From positions 119,908,001 through 119,972,000 of the forward strand of contig NC_091290.1 of assembly GCF_032444005.1 (NCBI RefSeq): a stretch of DNA of 64,000 nucleotides, in the 5' to 3' direction. The DNA is from Ranitomeya imitator. Taxonomy: Eukaryota. This document shows, piece after piece, positions 1-15,899 of this stretch; the first letter of the stretch is position 1; every line of letters begins with the position of its first letter. The translations under genes were made by a program, and so were the position numbers. Below the pieces are notes generated by a model that was not told where the DNA came from, searched no databases, and saw only the letters and a program-made list of their open reading frames with translations.

Positions 1-150
1 TTGGGAAAACCATCAAGATCCACTGCAAGTAGCGGATCTTGATGATTTGCCAAAGTGCATTCAGTGTGGCAGAGCCTTCCTCAGACGACCATTAATAACC
101 TCACTGATAGAATTCAAGGCTGTAAGTGTGGGGTGCTGCTCTGTAAGTGA
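1..150 (+). mobile_element. Probable Tc1/mariner transposase C-terminal remnant
   Basis: Decayed sequence resembling ..VHSVWQSLPQTTINNL.., the typical end of a Tc1 transposase; frameshifted. Confidence 0.45.
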
Positions 151-234
151 GTATCATAGTCAATTTAGAAATGAAATTAAAAAAAACAAAAAAAAAAAAA
201 AAACACCACACACACCCCACGATTGTAGCTCTCA

Positions 235-5931
<5,697 letters not shown>

Positions 5932-7058
5932 CTAGAACGTTGGACACGTCGCAGCTGCGTGATCAGGAATCCGGATTTTCTCCATCTTCTTTGTGCAGGG
6001 TGCCGAGAGGTCCGTTACCCAGAATTATCTGGGACCAGGATCCATGTCTCCAATGCAGCACTGGAAAAAAAAGAAAAAAAAAAAAAAAAAGAAGAGGGTG
6101 TCAGTCCAGGTAGCAATGAATCCAAGACAGACCTATGAACTCATGTTATGACCATTTATTGCAAAACCACCCTTTAAATGACAGCAGTGCATCATACCAT
6201 TGTCCTGACTGTGTGATGACGTAGCGGAAGGCAGAGGACGGATGAATCAGCTCAGATACCAAAGCAGCTCCCGCCACAGCACAACCAGGGGCTGACAAGG
6301 CATCAGTCATTTCCATAGGCCCTCTGACGTCAATCACAGCGGTCGCAGCTATTTTTTGGGGAGTGGTTGAATAATTCTGCAACCCATTTCCTACTTCTTT
6401 AAAGTGGATCTGTCATCAGACTTCATAATATAAACTTCATGAATTATTAAAGGGACATGATGAGCCCTCCCGGCCTCACCGACAGCTGCAGCTTGCACTG
6501 AGCAATGAGAGATCTCAGCAGCAGCAAGGAGGAGGGACACTGAGGAGCCGTCAAACAAAAGATAATACCGCCATTCCAACATGGTTCTTCAAAGGTAATA
6601 CACCTGCCTCATCAGGTTTATGATCTATATAGTGTGTGTAGTTTGTACTATATAAAGGGTGTTTACATTTCAGTAAAAGGTAGCATTTTGCTAGAATATG
6701 CCATCACGTTCTGAAAATGGAAAAAAAAGGGAGCAAGTAAGTGTAGACCCTTCACCGTTCTTCCTTTCTAAAGGGGCTAATACGAGAAACCCAATTGCAA
6801 TTCCCTGGGAAATACCTACAGCATCAGAGGTTATGCATAGCAATATACCATCATGTGAATATCCCTTTTATATGGTAAATATAAACATCTACCCCAATCA
6901 AAAGTGCAATAAACAAGATGGGATTTTCAATTCTATGAAAAAAAAAAAAAAAAAAAAAAAAAAACTTGCATTAGAACAAGACAGACTGGAAAAACCTATA
7001 TAACCACCATCAACTATAGGAGGTCTGCAGCGGATATGTACATAAAAATGTACCTGAA

Positions 7059-7397
7059 AGGGTTATTCCCATCTTCACAGATGGATATTGTCACACAATC
7101 TTTTTTTTTTTTCTTTACAGCTGGTTGCCAAGAAGACCGACCACCTCTGCCGTCTAGATTGTAAGCGCTGAGCTGAAGCTGTGCGGGAGGTAACAGCGAT
7201 CCTGCCAACCAACTTCAAACCAGCGCTTACAATCCCACTAGAAAAGAGCTTGTAAGAACGGTGCACGATCTGCTGTCTCGCCGCAGTGGTCGGTCTCCAA
7301 GGTAACGAGCTGAAAACAAAAGAAGACAAAAATGTTAATATCTCAAGAACAGTGGAAAATTTTAATGAGAACAGTTCTACAAGATGGGAGTAACCCT
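7059..7397. mobile_element. T2/Kolobok-type MITE in RSPRY1 intron 1
   Basis: TIR AGGGTTATTCCCATCTT / AAGATGGGAGTAACCCT; flanks TGAA and TTAA. Confidence 0.7.
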
Positions 7398-7789
7398 TTA
7401 ATATATGGACAGCTCAAGTCCGGCCATTGTTAGTGCGTCCCAAGTGGTGACCCCCGTCTATAGGGCTGGATACCCACAGGGAGCCTTGTGCCATTGGTCG
7501 CCCCATACCGACCCACTAACAATGGCGGGTCCAGGTCCGGTGACGCCGTGTCGCCACGACAACTAGCAGTCGTGTCCTTACCGTGCAGTACAAGGTACAC
7601 CTGTCCGGTCAGGCCTCCACATGTGATGTCACAGCAGCACAGAGGATGATGTCCTCCTCACACCTCATCTGCAGGACAAAGAAGCAGGCGACACAATGAA
7701 GGGCTGGGCACCTGCCATGCTCTGCTGCACCCCTCCCCCCAGCTCTGGGACACATGCATGCACCGAGCAGCCTCTCACCGTTATAAGGC

Positions 7790-8075
7790 TCTCGCACTAT
7801 ACCGCGCACTTCCGGTTTCCTTCGCCTCTCTGTCTCTCTGGTGTTGAAGACAGACAAGACCAATCGTGACGACACCAGCCGGGAAGTGAGTTGTATTTTC
7901 TGCGCATGCTCACAACCTCCTTTCCCTTACGCTGATGCCGGGACGGCCATCTTTATTAAGACACGCTGCGATTGGTTAGTGTCTTCAGACAGGCATGCTC
8001 GGATTGGTTGGAAGGTGACGTCAGCGAGGATTTCATTGGTCGGTGCTATGTAGTAAGGCTGGTGTTGATTGGCTA
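7790..8075. promoter_or_regulatory. Bidirectional promoter shared by RSPRY1 (-) and PSME3IP1 (+)
   Basis: ETS/GABP ACTTCCGG 7808-7815 and CCGGGAAGT 7879-7887, NRF1-like TGCGCATGC 7901-7909, YY1-like GCCATCTT near 7946, several CCAAT boxes (7858-8074), full CRE TGACGTCA 8016-8023; lies between outward-facing first-exon donors at 7582 (-) and 8137 (+). Confidence 0.75.
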
Positions 8076-8318
8076 GAATCGCTATCAGCTATACTATAGC
8101 TTTTGCTGGAGAGAGAGCAGTGCAGAGAACGGCATCGGTAAGAAGGGGGCTGTCTGCCGGCTGTGGGGGGCTGCAGGGGTCACCTGAGGGCAGAGCAGGG
8201 ATGGGGGGGTCTGGTTTAGTAGCTATTTGTGGTCTACTGTTCTGTAACGTCACCCAGTTGGCTGCTTGTTGTAGAACTACAAGTCCCAGTAGCTGAAGCT
8301 TGGGAAAAGTTTGTTTAA

Positions 8319-8637
8319 CCCCTTAAGGACCGGACAGTTTACAGTTTTCGCTTTCTCATCTTCATCTCCGAAGAGCCGTAACTTTTTTTTTTTTCTTTGG
8401 AATTTTGACGCAATTGGTTTCCTGCTCTGGAAAATGGCGGAAATAAATCGCAATGGTGAAAAAAGAGAAAAAAAAAAACGTAATTCGGCCAAGTGGTTAA
8501 ACAGCAGTGATCGGAGGGGAAGGGGGGGCTCTGATCGCTGCTTGTATAGGCGAATACCAGCCGTAGAAAACGGGTCGGCCCCCGCCGTGTGTGCCGCCAT
8601 ACAGCAGCGTAATGCTATGTCGTTGGGCAAGAAGGGG
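8319..8637. mobile_element. piggyBac-type MITE in PSME3IP1 intron 1
   Basis: TTAA|CCCCTT ... AAGGGG|TTAA termini. Confidence 0.6.
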
Positions 8638-9041
8638 TTAAAACAAATGTGCCGGCATTGCTGCGCATCCCCAGTATGCACAGTACATGCATGGGGCACC
8701 CACAAAAAGGACGCTCCTATGCACGCCTTATTTAATAGATTTATGATCAGCACCCCCTCCCCCACTACTAGAAAAGGGGGCTCCTCATCGCATGACGAGT
8801 GGTTGGACACACACTGACCAAAGACCCCAAAAAACTAACTTGGCTGAATCCCTATAATTGGAAGGTCAGTTGATGTATTGGTTGGTAGTGCCAATTACAT
8901 GAAGTGCAATGGCATTTTAAGTGCAGAAATGGAAAAAAAAAAGTGTAAAATTTGCATTAAATATAAAGGTAAAACGCAGTAAAACAATATCTATATAATC
9001 GATATTACAATCATGGTTCTTGTTTTTCCGCAGGGTTCAGA

Positions 9042-11838
9042 ATGGACGGACATGAAGGGGATCTGGTTATGAACAAACGGTTTGTGACAGAATCCGAAAT
9101 AGAGGAAAGACGAAAAAAAAGGCAGGAGGAATGGGAAAAAGTGCGGAAGCCGGAAGACCCAGAAGGTAGAAGGGGAAGAATAACTGATTCTTGCTTTATA
9201 TGGGGGGGGGAAATAAATGTATGTTTTTACAATGACTGATATTAACCAGACATAGTCATCCATGTACCTAGATGAGAGAACCTCTGCGTTTAGCTCTGCT
9301 GTATTCTGTCCTCTGTATGTTACTGCAGGCTGCAGTTAGATGACACTGTAAAAAGGGTTAATCCCGGTGATATCTGTTCATCAGAATTCTGCCAGCACTT
9401 TAGGTGCTGGAACTTCCATCCCCTTATTTCAGAGCATACAGTACAAAACAAAAGATTGGACACACCTTCTCATTTAAAGATTTATCTGTATTTTCATGAC
9501 TGAAAATTGTACATTCACGCTGAAGGCATCAAAACTATGAATTAACACATGTGGAATCATATACTTAACAAAAAAGTGTGAAACAACTGAAAATATGTCT
9601 TATATTCTAGGTTCTTCAAAGTAGCCACCTTTTGCTTTGATGACTGCTTTGCACATTCTTGGCATTCTCTTTGATGTGTCCAAACTTTTGGTCTGTACTG
9701 TACATTACACGCACCATTGTCCAATTATTTGCCCGAGCTTTGTTTTGTTGTATGCTACTTGACAGACAGGAGAGCGGGGCTAGAGAGAGCAGGGTAGGGC
9801 TAGCTAGTCAGGGAAATCGGGGCAGGGGAGAGTGGGGCAAGGGGGAGCGGGGCAAGGGGGAGCGGGGCAGGGGAGAGCGGGGCTGGGAGAGCGGGGCAGA
9901 AGAACAAGGCAGAAGAAACCAAGACCCAACCCCACTCCCTGTAATCCGTCTCCGAGACTTTGCTGCTAGAGATAAATTACACTTCACAACAGGCAGTGAA
10001 CAGCAAGTGAGGCAGAAGTTAGAAAGCTAGTGGACAGATCCTTTTTGGGGCATTTTCCGGGTTAAATATACCATGAATGCAGATGAACTATGTATCTTAT
10101 CAAGGGAGATCACATTGACTGTAAATATGGGGAATATTTAAAATATTTTTTTTTACATTTCTCTCCATTTATAACTTTGTATGTGAATTACACTGACATT
10201 TTTTTTTTATTGATACCAGAGTGCCCAGAGGAGGTTTATGACCCACGATCTTTATATGAAAAACTTCAGGAACAGAAAGAAAAGAAACAACAGGAATTTG
10301 AAGAAAAGTTAAAATTCAGTAAGAATCTTTTCCATGTCCTGCTTTACACTGACTGTCACGTCGGTAATGGAGCGACCGCTCAGCACGTAGACCCGTTTTT
10401 TTTTTTTTTTTTGCAGAAAATATGGTCCGAGGTTTGGAAGAGGATGAATCAAACTTTCTTTCCGAAGTTTCAAGGAAACAAGAGTTGCTGGAAAAGCAAA
10501 GGAGAGATGAAGAACGAAAAGAATTAATGGAATTTAGAATATCCTTTCAGAAACGAACTGTTGAGAAAGTGACGTTAAACAACTACACTTGGTAGTGGCC
10601 ACTAAGCAATGTACGGGGCCACTGTATTCTGCCCTGTACATCGCTTATATCCTGCTAATGCCGGAGCGGATTTTAGCTGACTGTGGGGGAGTGGATTTTA
10701 GCTGACTGTGGTGGGGGTGCGGATTTTAGCTGACTGTGGTGGGGGTGCGGATTTTAGCTGACTGTGGTGGGGGTGCGGATTTTAGCTGACTGTGGTGGGG
10801 GGCCGGATTTTAGCTGACTGTGGTGGGGGGCCGGATTTTAGCTGACTGTGGTGAGGGGCCGGATTTTAGCTGACTGTGGTGGAGGGCCGGATTTTAGCTG
10901 ACTGTGGTGAGGTGATGGATTTTAGCTGACTGAGATGAGAATGAGAAATGAAATACGCCATGTATATATCTTACAACCTTTCCTCCATTGTTTCGTAAAT
11001 AATTGCTCCACTTTTAAAAACTGATTCTTAATTGTCTTGGCCCACAATGCACGGACTATAGCCAGCACATCCACAGAAAATAAGAAGAGGGAGACTGAGA
11101 AGAAGCCGCTGGCAAAACCCCCCGACACCAAGAATAAACTTTCTCAGTCCAAGTTGCTGGCAGGAGCCGTGCGACACAGAAGGTCAGCATGAATGGCTCA
11201 GTGATTATTGTTATAAGGTTTATGCCGAACCCATAAAATTGAGGGATAACGTCCTGATCCCGAGAACAGGGCTTGGGCAGTCTCCACCTTCCTTTTTAGG
11301 GGATTGGTACAGATCCTCAACAATCAGGATAGTATATCCTATCTAAACCCTTTTAGGTTTTTTTTTTTTTTTTTTATTTGCACATACCGTATTTAGGTGT
11401 AATATTGATTTTTTTTTTTTTTTTTTAGTAATTCTGAAAGCTCCAGCGCAAAGAAATTAAAAGTTGAGCATGAACAAGAAAAGTTAAAAGGTATGTCTTA
11501 TTAGCGTGGTCATTTCTGGTGTGTGCCGGGCCACTGGTGCCAGTGATTATTGGTTACTTGTATATTCGGTGTCGGCCATATTTTCAGATCTTGCATACAT
11601 ACCTTGGTGTTTTGTGTTTTCAGAGAGCCGCTCCAGCCCTGCCGACAGCTCCTCTACCACCGTTCCCCGAGTCCATTGCCCTCCAGCCTCCATCTGTATT
11701 GGAATCTTACCTGGTCTCGGCGCCTATTCAGGAAGCAGCGATTCCGAGTCCAGCTCGGACAGCGAGGCCACGATAAATAACATGGGGAAGATTGTCTCCT
11801 CTGTATTTCGCTCAGGCACGTTCCTTGATGCACCTTAA
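9042..11838 (+). CDS. PSME3IP1: PSME3-interacting protein (FAM192A/NIP30), complete, 252 aa
   Basis: Exons 9042-9165, 10220-10318, 10417-10538, 11046-11182, 11429-11490, 11624-11838 (759 nt). Peptides [36 protein letters not shown] and [24 protein letters not shown] match the family. Intron 10539-11045 is AT-AC. Probable non-coding exon-1 donor at 8137; ATTAAA at 12011 and 12020. Confidence 0.96.
9439..9700. mobile_element. Tc1-derived miniature element (internal deletion derivative)
   Basis: TA-flanked; 26-bp TIRs CAGTACAAAACAAAAGATTGGACACA and (reverse complement) CAGTACAGACCAAAAGTTTGGACACA. Confidence 0.85.
10539..11045 (+). other. U12-type (minor spliceosome) AT-AC intron of PSME3IP1
   Basis: Donor ATATCCTTTC at 10539, branch-like TTCTTAAT 11025-11032, terminal AC 11044-11045; this junction joins EFR to NART in frame and aligns with human EYR|NNL. 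Confidence 0.92.
10668..10932 (+). repeat. 28-bp minisatellite x10 inside the U12 intron
   Basis: Unit GGATTTTAGCTGACTGTGGTGGGGGTGC. Confidence 0.95.
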
Positions 11839-12150
11839 AGTGCGTCAGAAAACCAGGAATAGTTGCTCTCGGTAATCCCAGCAGCGGTGCCATCTGCTCA
11901 CATGGACACAGTCTCTGTATATAAACCGTGGAGCGCCCAGACATCATGCCCACTTACCACCCATGAGAATATCTTTCTTTTGTGCAGTGCGTTTTTAAGC
12001 TTAAAAGCTTATTAAAGCAATTAAACGTGGAGATGTGTGCTTGTGTCATCTCGACTACAAACATGGGCCATCGATTCTACAACTCCTTCACTAAATACAT
12101 CTAATAATGTTGAGATTCTTCTCCATGGTGTTACTCAAATCTGTGGTGTA

Positions 12151-12420
12151 CAGTGCCTTGAAAAAGTATTCATGCCTCCTGGGTCGTCATCCTCCATGAA
12201 TGTGAACCTACACCCTAGTCTCATAGGCTGCAAGATACTAAGCAGGATTTCCTTTTTATTTAGCTCCATCCATCTTCCCATCAGCTCTGACCAGCTTCCA
12301 TGCATCCCCAACAGCATGATGCTGCCACCACCATGTATGATGGTGGGGATGGTGTTTTAAGGGTGATATGCAGTGTTCATTTTCCACCACACATAGTGTT
12401 TTCTATTTACTCCTGAAAGG
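12151..12420 (-). mobile_element. Tc1 remnant
   Basis: TA+CAGTGCCTTGAAAAAGTATTCA terminus at 12151; reverse strand has a decayed KHGGGSIM-type and LQPMRLG segment. Confidence 0.7.
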
Positions 12421-13337
12421 ACTACTCTAGTCTCATCGGACTAGTCTTTGGCGTCATGGTCATAAGTTTATTTCAGGCCCATATTATTTATGATTTGTAT
12501 AGATTTGTCCAACACGGACGTCATTTCTAGACTTCTACCGATCCAACTCTACTTCTATTGTTATACGGATGCAAAAATGGTGTCAGAAGAGAACCCCCGG
12601 ACACTCCCTTTGCCTCCAATAATTCTGGATATTGGCATTCTTGAAAACGTCTTTGTGCAAAGTTTAACAACTTTCAAAATAGGCTTCCTTTAAAACTTTT
12701 CTTCCATTTTGCTGCTGCAAAGTGTCTGAAACTCCCTTTTATCTGGCTGAGTGCTTTGTAAAAACGTAACAAATCCATCAGATCTCCGCTCCTAGATATG
12801 ATAGCTCTCCCTTCCCTTATCTCAGTGTGAAAGATAGCAGCAAGTTGGGTTGTACACAGATCTCAAAAGCCTTAAGGGGGGGTAAAGGAAAGTATCTGAA
12901 AGAAGGGCAAAATATAGGGAAGGCACATGAAGGGGAAATAAGTGCAGGATAGAAGCTGTATGATTATTATCTACTGAAAGCTTCAACACCCTAGATGCAC
13001 GTCCAGCATGTATTACAGGGAGGGACACTCCCTCAAGAGTAAAATCTAAAACTTAACTGCATATCAGCATTATACAAGTTGGAATTAGGACAGAACAGTA
13101 ATATTATCTTTTGCATAATACTTTAAGGTAAATGTATTTGGTATAAAATGTAAGTTTATTGAAAAAGACGGTGAAATGTACACAAAGTATAGAAATATGA
13201 ATATGGTCATAATGTATCTACCTCTAATTCCTACATAGAAATATAAAATAGGTGCACGGTTTATGGACTTGGAAGTAAAACCTTTTTATCATATATGCTT
13301 GATATTTTAGGGCACCCTTTATTCTTATACCATTATT

Positions 13338-14492
13338 TTAAGGCATTGTGATGTACAACGGCAGTATAAAATCTCGTGACTTATCCTTCTGCTCTGCCTC
13401 TGAGCTCATAAACTGGTACCTAAAAGCAGCCATGGCTTCCTTACAGACGGCCTGAATTTGCCTGACTTTCGGGAAGCGAAGAACGTTCCTCCAAACTTCC
13501 GATACGTTCCGTGCATCTCTCGGAGTGGTTTCGAAGGCTTCCTTTCGTTTGCCTTGTCCGTCCCCATGAGTTATGTCGTAGATCCACTGACTAAGATGAT
13601 CCATCAATTGTAAATTTGCGAATTTATACATCTCCTCCACTTTTTCTAATGGGTTTCTCACCAGATCTTCATACCTGACCAGCATGTATTTCCCTTTCAG
13701 GAATGGAGGAGGCTTATGGGTGGCCGTCTTGTACATATTTACGTGACTCTCACAGATTTTCTGTAAAACCTCGTAGTTTGTGTCATTTATCTTCGTGCCG
13801 TTGGTGTCGAGGACGACGCCATTGTCACCCGCAAGAGCTCTCGGAGTCTGTCCGCGAGACTTCCCAACCGCTCGAGGGTCTCGGACCAAATGGAGAATTT
13901 TCAGGTTTAAGGAAGGGTCTTTGAGAAGAGGATAGAGCACCGTGATGTCCAAGAATCGAAGCTCTTTCACAACAATGTGGCTATACTTTTCACATGCCTC
14001 TTCCACTTTACTAAATGAATGGTTTCCGCAAAGTTTCCTACAAGCCGTTCCATTCGTGATGTTGGAACGAGAAAAGGAATCGCACGCGGGGGGTGAACAG
14101 AGAGCCGTGTTGGAATACCAATGGAATAGATTCCAAACTTTATTCTTAGTTTCTATGTATGTATCGAACACGGACATATCGCATTTAAAGACCGATCGGA
14201 CCATGTCCCTTACGGCCATGTGAAGAACGTGGGCACTGTAGCGCGGTAGGGACTTCCATACGTGCCAAGCCGGCTCCATCAAGTAGAAGACATCAGGGTG
14301 CTGGCTAAAAATCTGACCTAAGAAAGATGATCCAGACCTCCAGGTGGAAAGGATGAGAAGATGAACCTTCCTCGGTTGTCCTTCCGTAGTCGGTGAATTA
14401 ACGTATGATTTTTGGTGGAAATTAACCAGGAAAATGATTTGTAGGAATATTACTACAGTAATTACACAGCCCATCACCCTTATCCTGGCCAT
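13338..14492 (-). CDS. CHST6: Carbohydrate (N-acetylglucosamine 6-O) sulfotransferase, CHST5/CHST6-like, single coding exon, 384 aa
   Basis: Type II membrane anchor, 5'-PSB motif STWRSGSSF, FYLMEPAWHVW, 3'-PB motif RDPRAVxxSR, TNGT and KPPPFL features typical of CHST5/6. Start ACCATGG at 14492 follows a splice acceptor at 14512 (the ORF-track Met at 14558 is intronic). Exact paralog is uncertain. Confidence 0.9.
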   Translation of the reverse strand: MARIRVMGCVITVVIFLQIIFLVNFHQKSYVNSPTTEGQPRKVHLLILSTWRSGSSFLGQIFSQHPDVFYLMEPAWHVWKSLPRYSAHVLHMAVRDMVRSVFKCDMSVFDTYIETKNKVWNLFHWYSNTALCSPPACDSFSRSNITNGTACRKLCGNHSFSKVEEACEKYSHIVVKELRFLDITVLYPLLKDPSLNLKILHLVRDPRAVGKSRGQTPRALAGDNGVVLDTNGTKINDTNYEVLQKICESHVNMYKTATHKPPPFLKGKYMLVRYEDLVRNPLEKVEEMYKFANLQLMDHLSQWIYDITHGDGQGKRKEAFETTPRDARNVSEVWRNVLRFPKVRQIQAVCKEAMAAFRYQFMSSEAEQKDKSRDFILPLYITMP

Positions 14493-14651
14493 GGTTTCCA
14501 AATGACCTCTTACTGTAAAACAAAAAAAAAAACAACATAAATAAGCTAAATCCATCAATTAATAAAAATATATTGTAAATGACAAGTTAGAAAGGTATAC
14601 TAGATAAGTTTGTGTACTACGTTAGTGACTTACTTCTTTATTTCTTTATTT

Positions 14652-14764
14652 TTTTTATATAGCGCTAACATATTCCGCAGCGCTTTACAGTTTGCACGCA
14701 TTATCATCACTGTCCCCGATGGGGCTCACAATCTAGAATCCCTATCAGTATGTCTTTGGAATGT

Positions 14765-14795
<31 letters not shown>

Positions 14796-14926
14796 ACGCA
14801 AACACGGAGAGAACATACAAACTCTTTGCAGATGTTGTCCTGGGTGGGATTAGAACCCAGGACCCCAGCGCTGCAGTGCTATCCACTGCGCCACCGTGCT
14901 GCCCCCACTGCGCCACCGTGCTGCCC
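14652..14926 (-). mobile_element. tRNA-derived V-SINE-like element
   Basis: Minus strand A box TGGCGCAGTGG (14893-14883), B box GGTTCTAATCC (14857-14847), V-domain-like GTTCTCTCCGTGTTTGCGTGGGTTTCCTCCGG..CTCCGGTTTCCTCCCACA, LINE-type tail TGTAAAGCGCT and A-rich end. Confidence 0.85.
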
Positions 14927-15660
14927 ACTTACTAAATCAACCACTACATTTTGACACTTCTACAATCGTTACTATTGGCAAGTATCCATCCTTTTAATTA
15001 TTTTTTTTTAATATAAATTAATAGTAAATGTGAAAATAAATTAATTTGTAATATATCTTATTAAAGAAATCGGTTTCTTTCTCCTCCAGGACTGATCATT
15101 CACTCTCCATTCATGGGTAAAATATCCAGTGTATACAAGCTTTTCCATTACAGAGATAGGAGAAGACAGTTGATGCTTATAAAAGTCTATGGAGGAGGGA
15201 GGAGCTAGAGGCGGAGACAAACATTCTGCTGCAAGTTCTCCTGAAATTACAGCTACACTTAAAAAAAAAAAATTACCAGCTGTCATCTTCGACCTCAGTA
15301 CAGGGAGTCTGGTCATTCACTGAAGACAGATTGTGCAGATTTATCTCTGAATTGAGAATAAAATATCAATTCAGGTCTAAAAGAAGCTGATTTCTATAAT
15401 AAGATATGCTTATTTTCATGGGTATAATTGATTTATAACAAAACATTCCTTTTTGAAGGGAAGCTGTCAGCATGATGTAGGGGCAGAGACACTGATTCCA
15501 GTGATGTCACTTACTGGACTCTTTGGTGCAGTTTTGATAAAATCCCTGGGTTTTTTTTCTTCTGCAGACCTTGGCACTCTCCACAAGGAGAGATGGTATT
15601 CCTTAGAGTCCCATCAGAGACCTCTCATCCAGCCAAATCAGATCTTTTTTTTTTTTTTTT

Positions 15661-15703
15661 TTGCACTGAAGAGGGGCAAACACCCCGAAACATGTGTCTG
15701 TAA
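15661..15703 (+). ncRNA. Minimal type-I hammerhead ribozyme at the head of a dispersed non-coding repeat
   Basis: UUGCA/UGUAA helix I (one GU), CUGAAGA, GGGG-CAAACA-CCCC, GAAA, C-AUGU-G, GUC (cut after 15698); downstream tail (TTTGGCTTTTATCCT...) recurs near 23050, 24930 and 36765. Confidence 0.75.
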
Positions 15704-15899
15704 CTAATCTCTGGTTTGGCTTTTATCCTGATTCATGTGGCAAGGCTTGATAAAGGGTTGATATTGACCTTTAGAGTTAATACTTCTAATAGGAGGCAAC
15801 AGAGTTTAGGTCCTCTGCCTAAGTTAAGTGGACGCACATGTTTTTACATTACCACTCCACTTCTATACAGGAAATATATATATCTTGGTACCGTGTTAG

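Noticed and set aside
6608-6640. CTGATGAGG on the minus strand (also near 40983) as a further hammerhead
   Set aside because: No GAAA at the right position after a helix II and no UH cleavage site.
8277-8817. Overlapping 177-aa and 168-aa ORFs
   Set aside because: They span a MITE in PSME3IP1 intron 1, have low-complexity tracts and show no recognisable domain.
14493-14558. Upstream Met of the 406-aa CHST ORF
   Set aside because: It lies beyond a T-rich splice acceptor at 14512; the ACCATGG at 14492 gives the normal type II topology and length.
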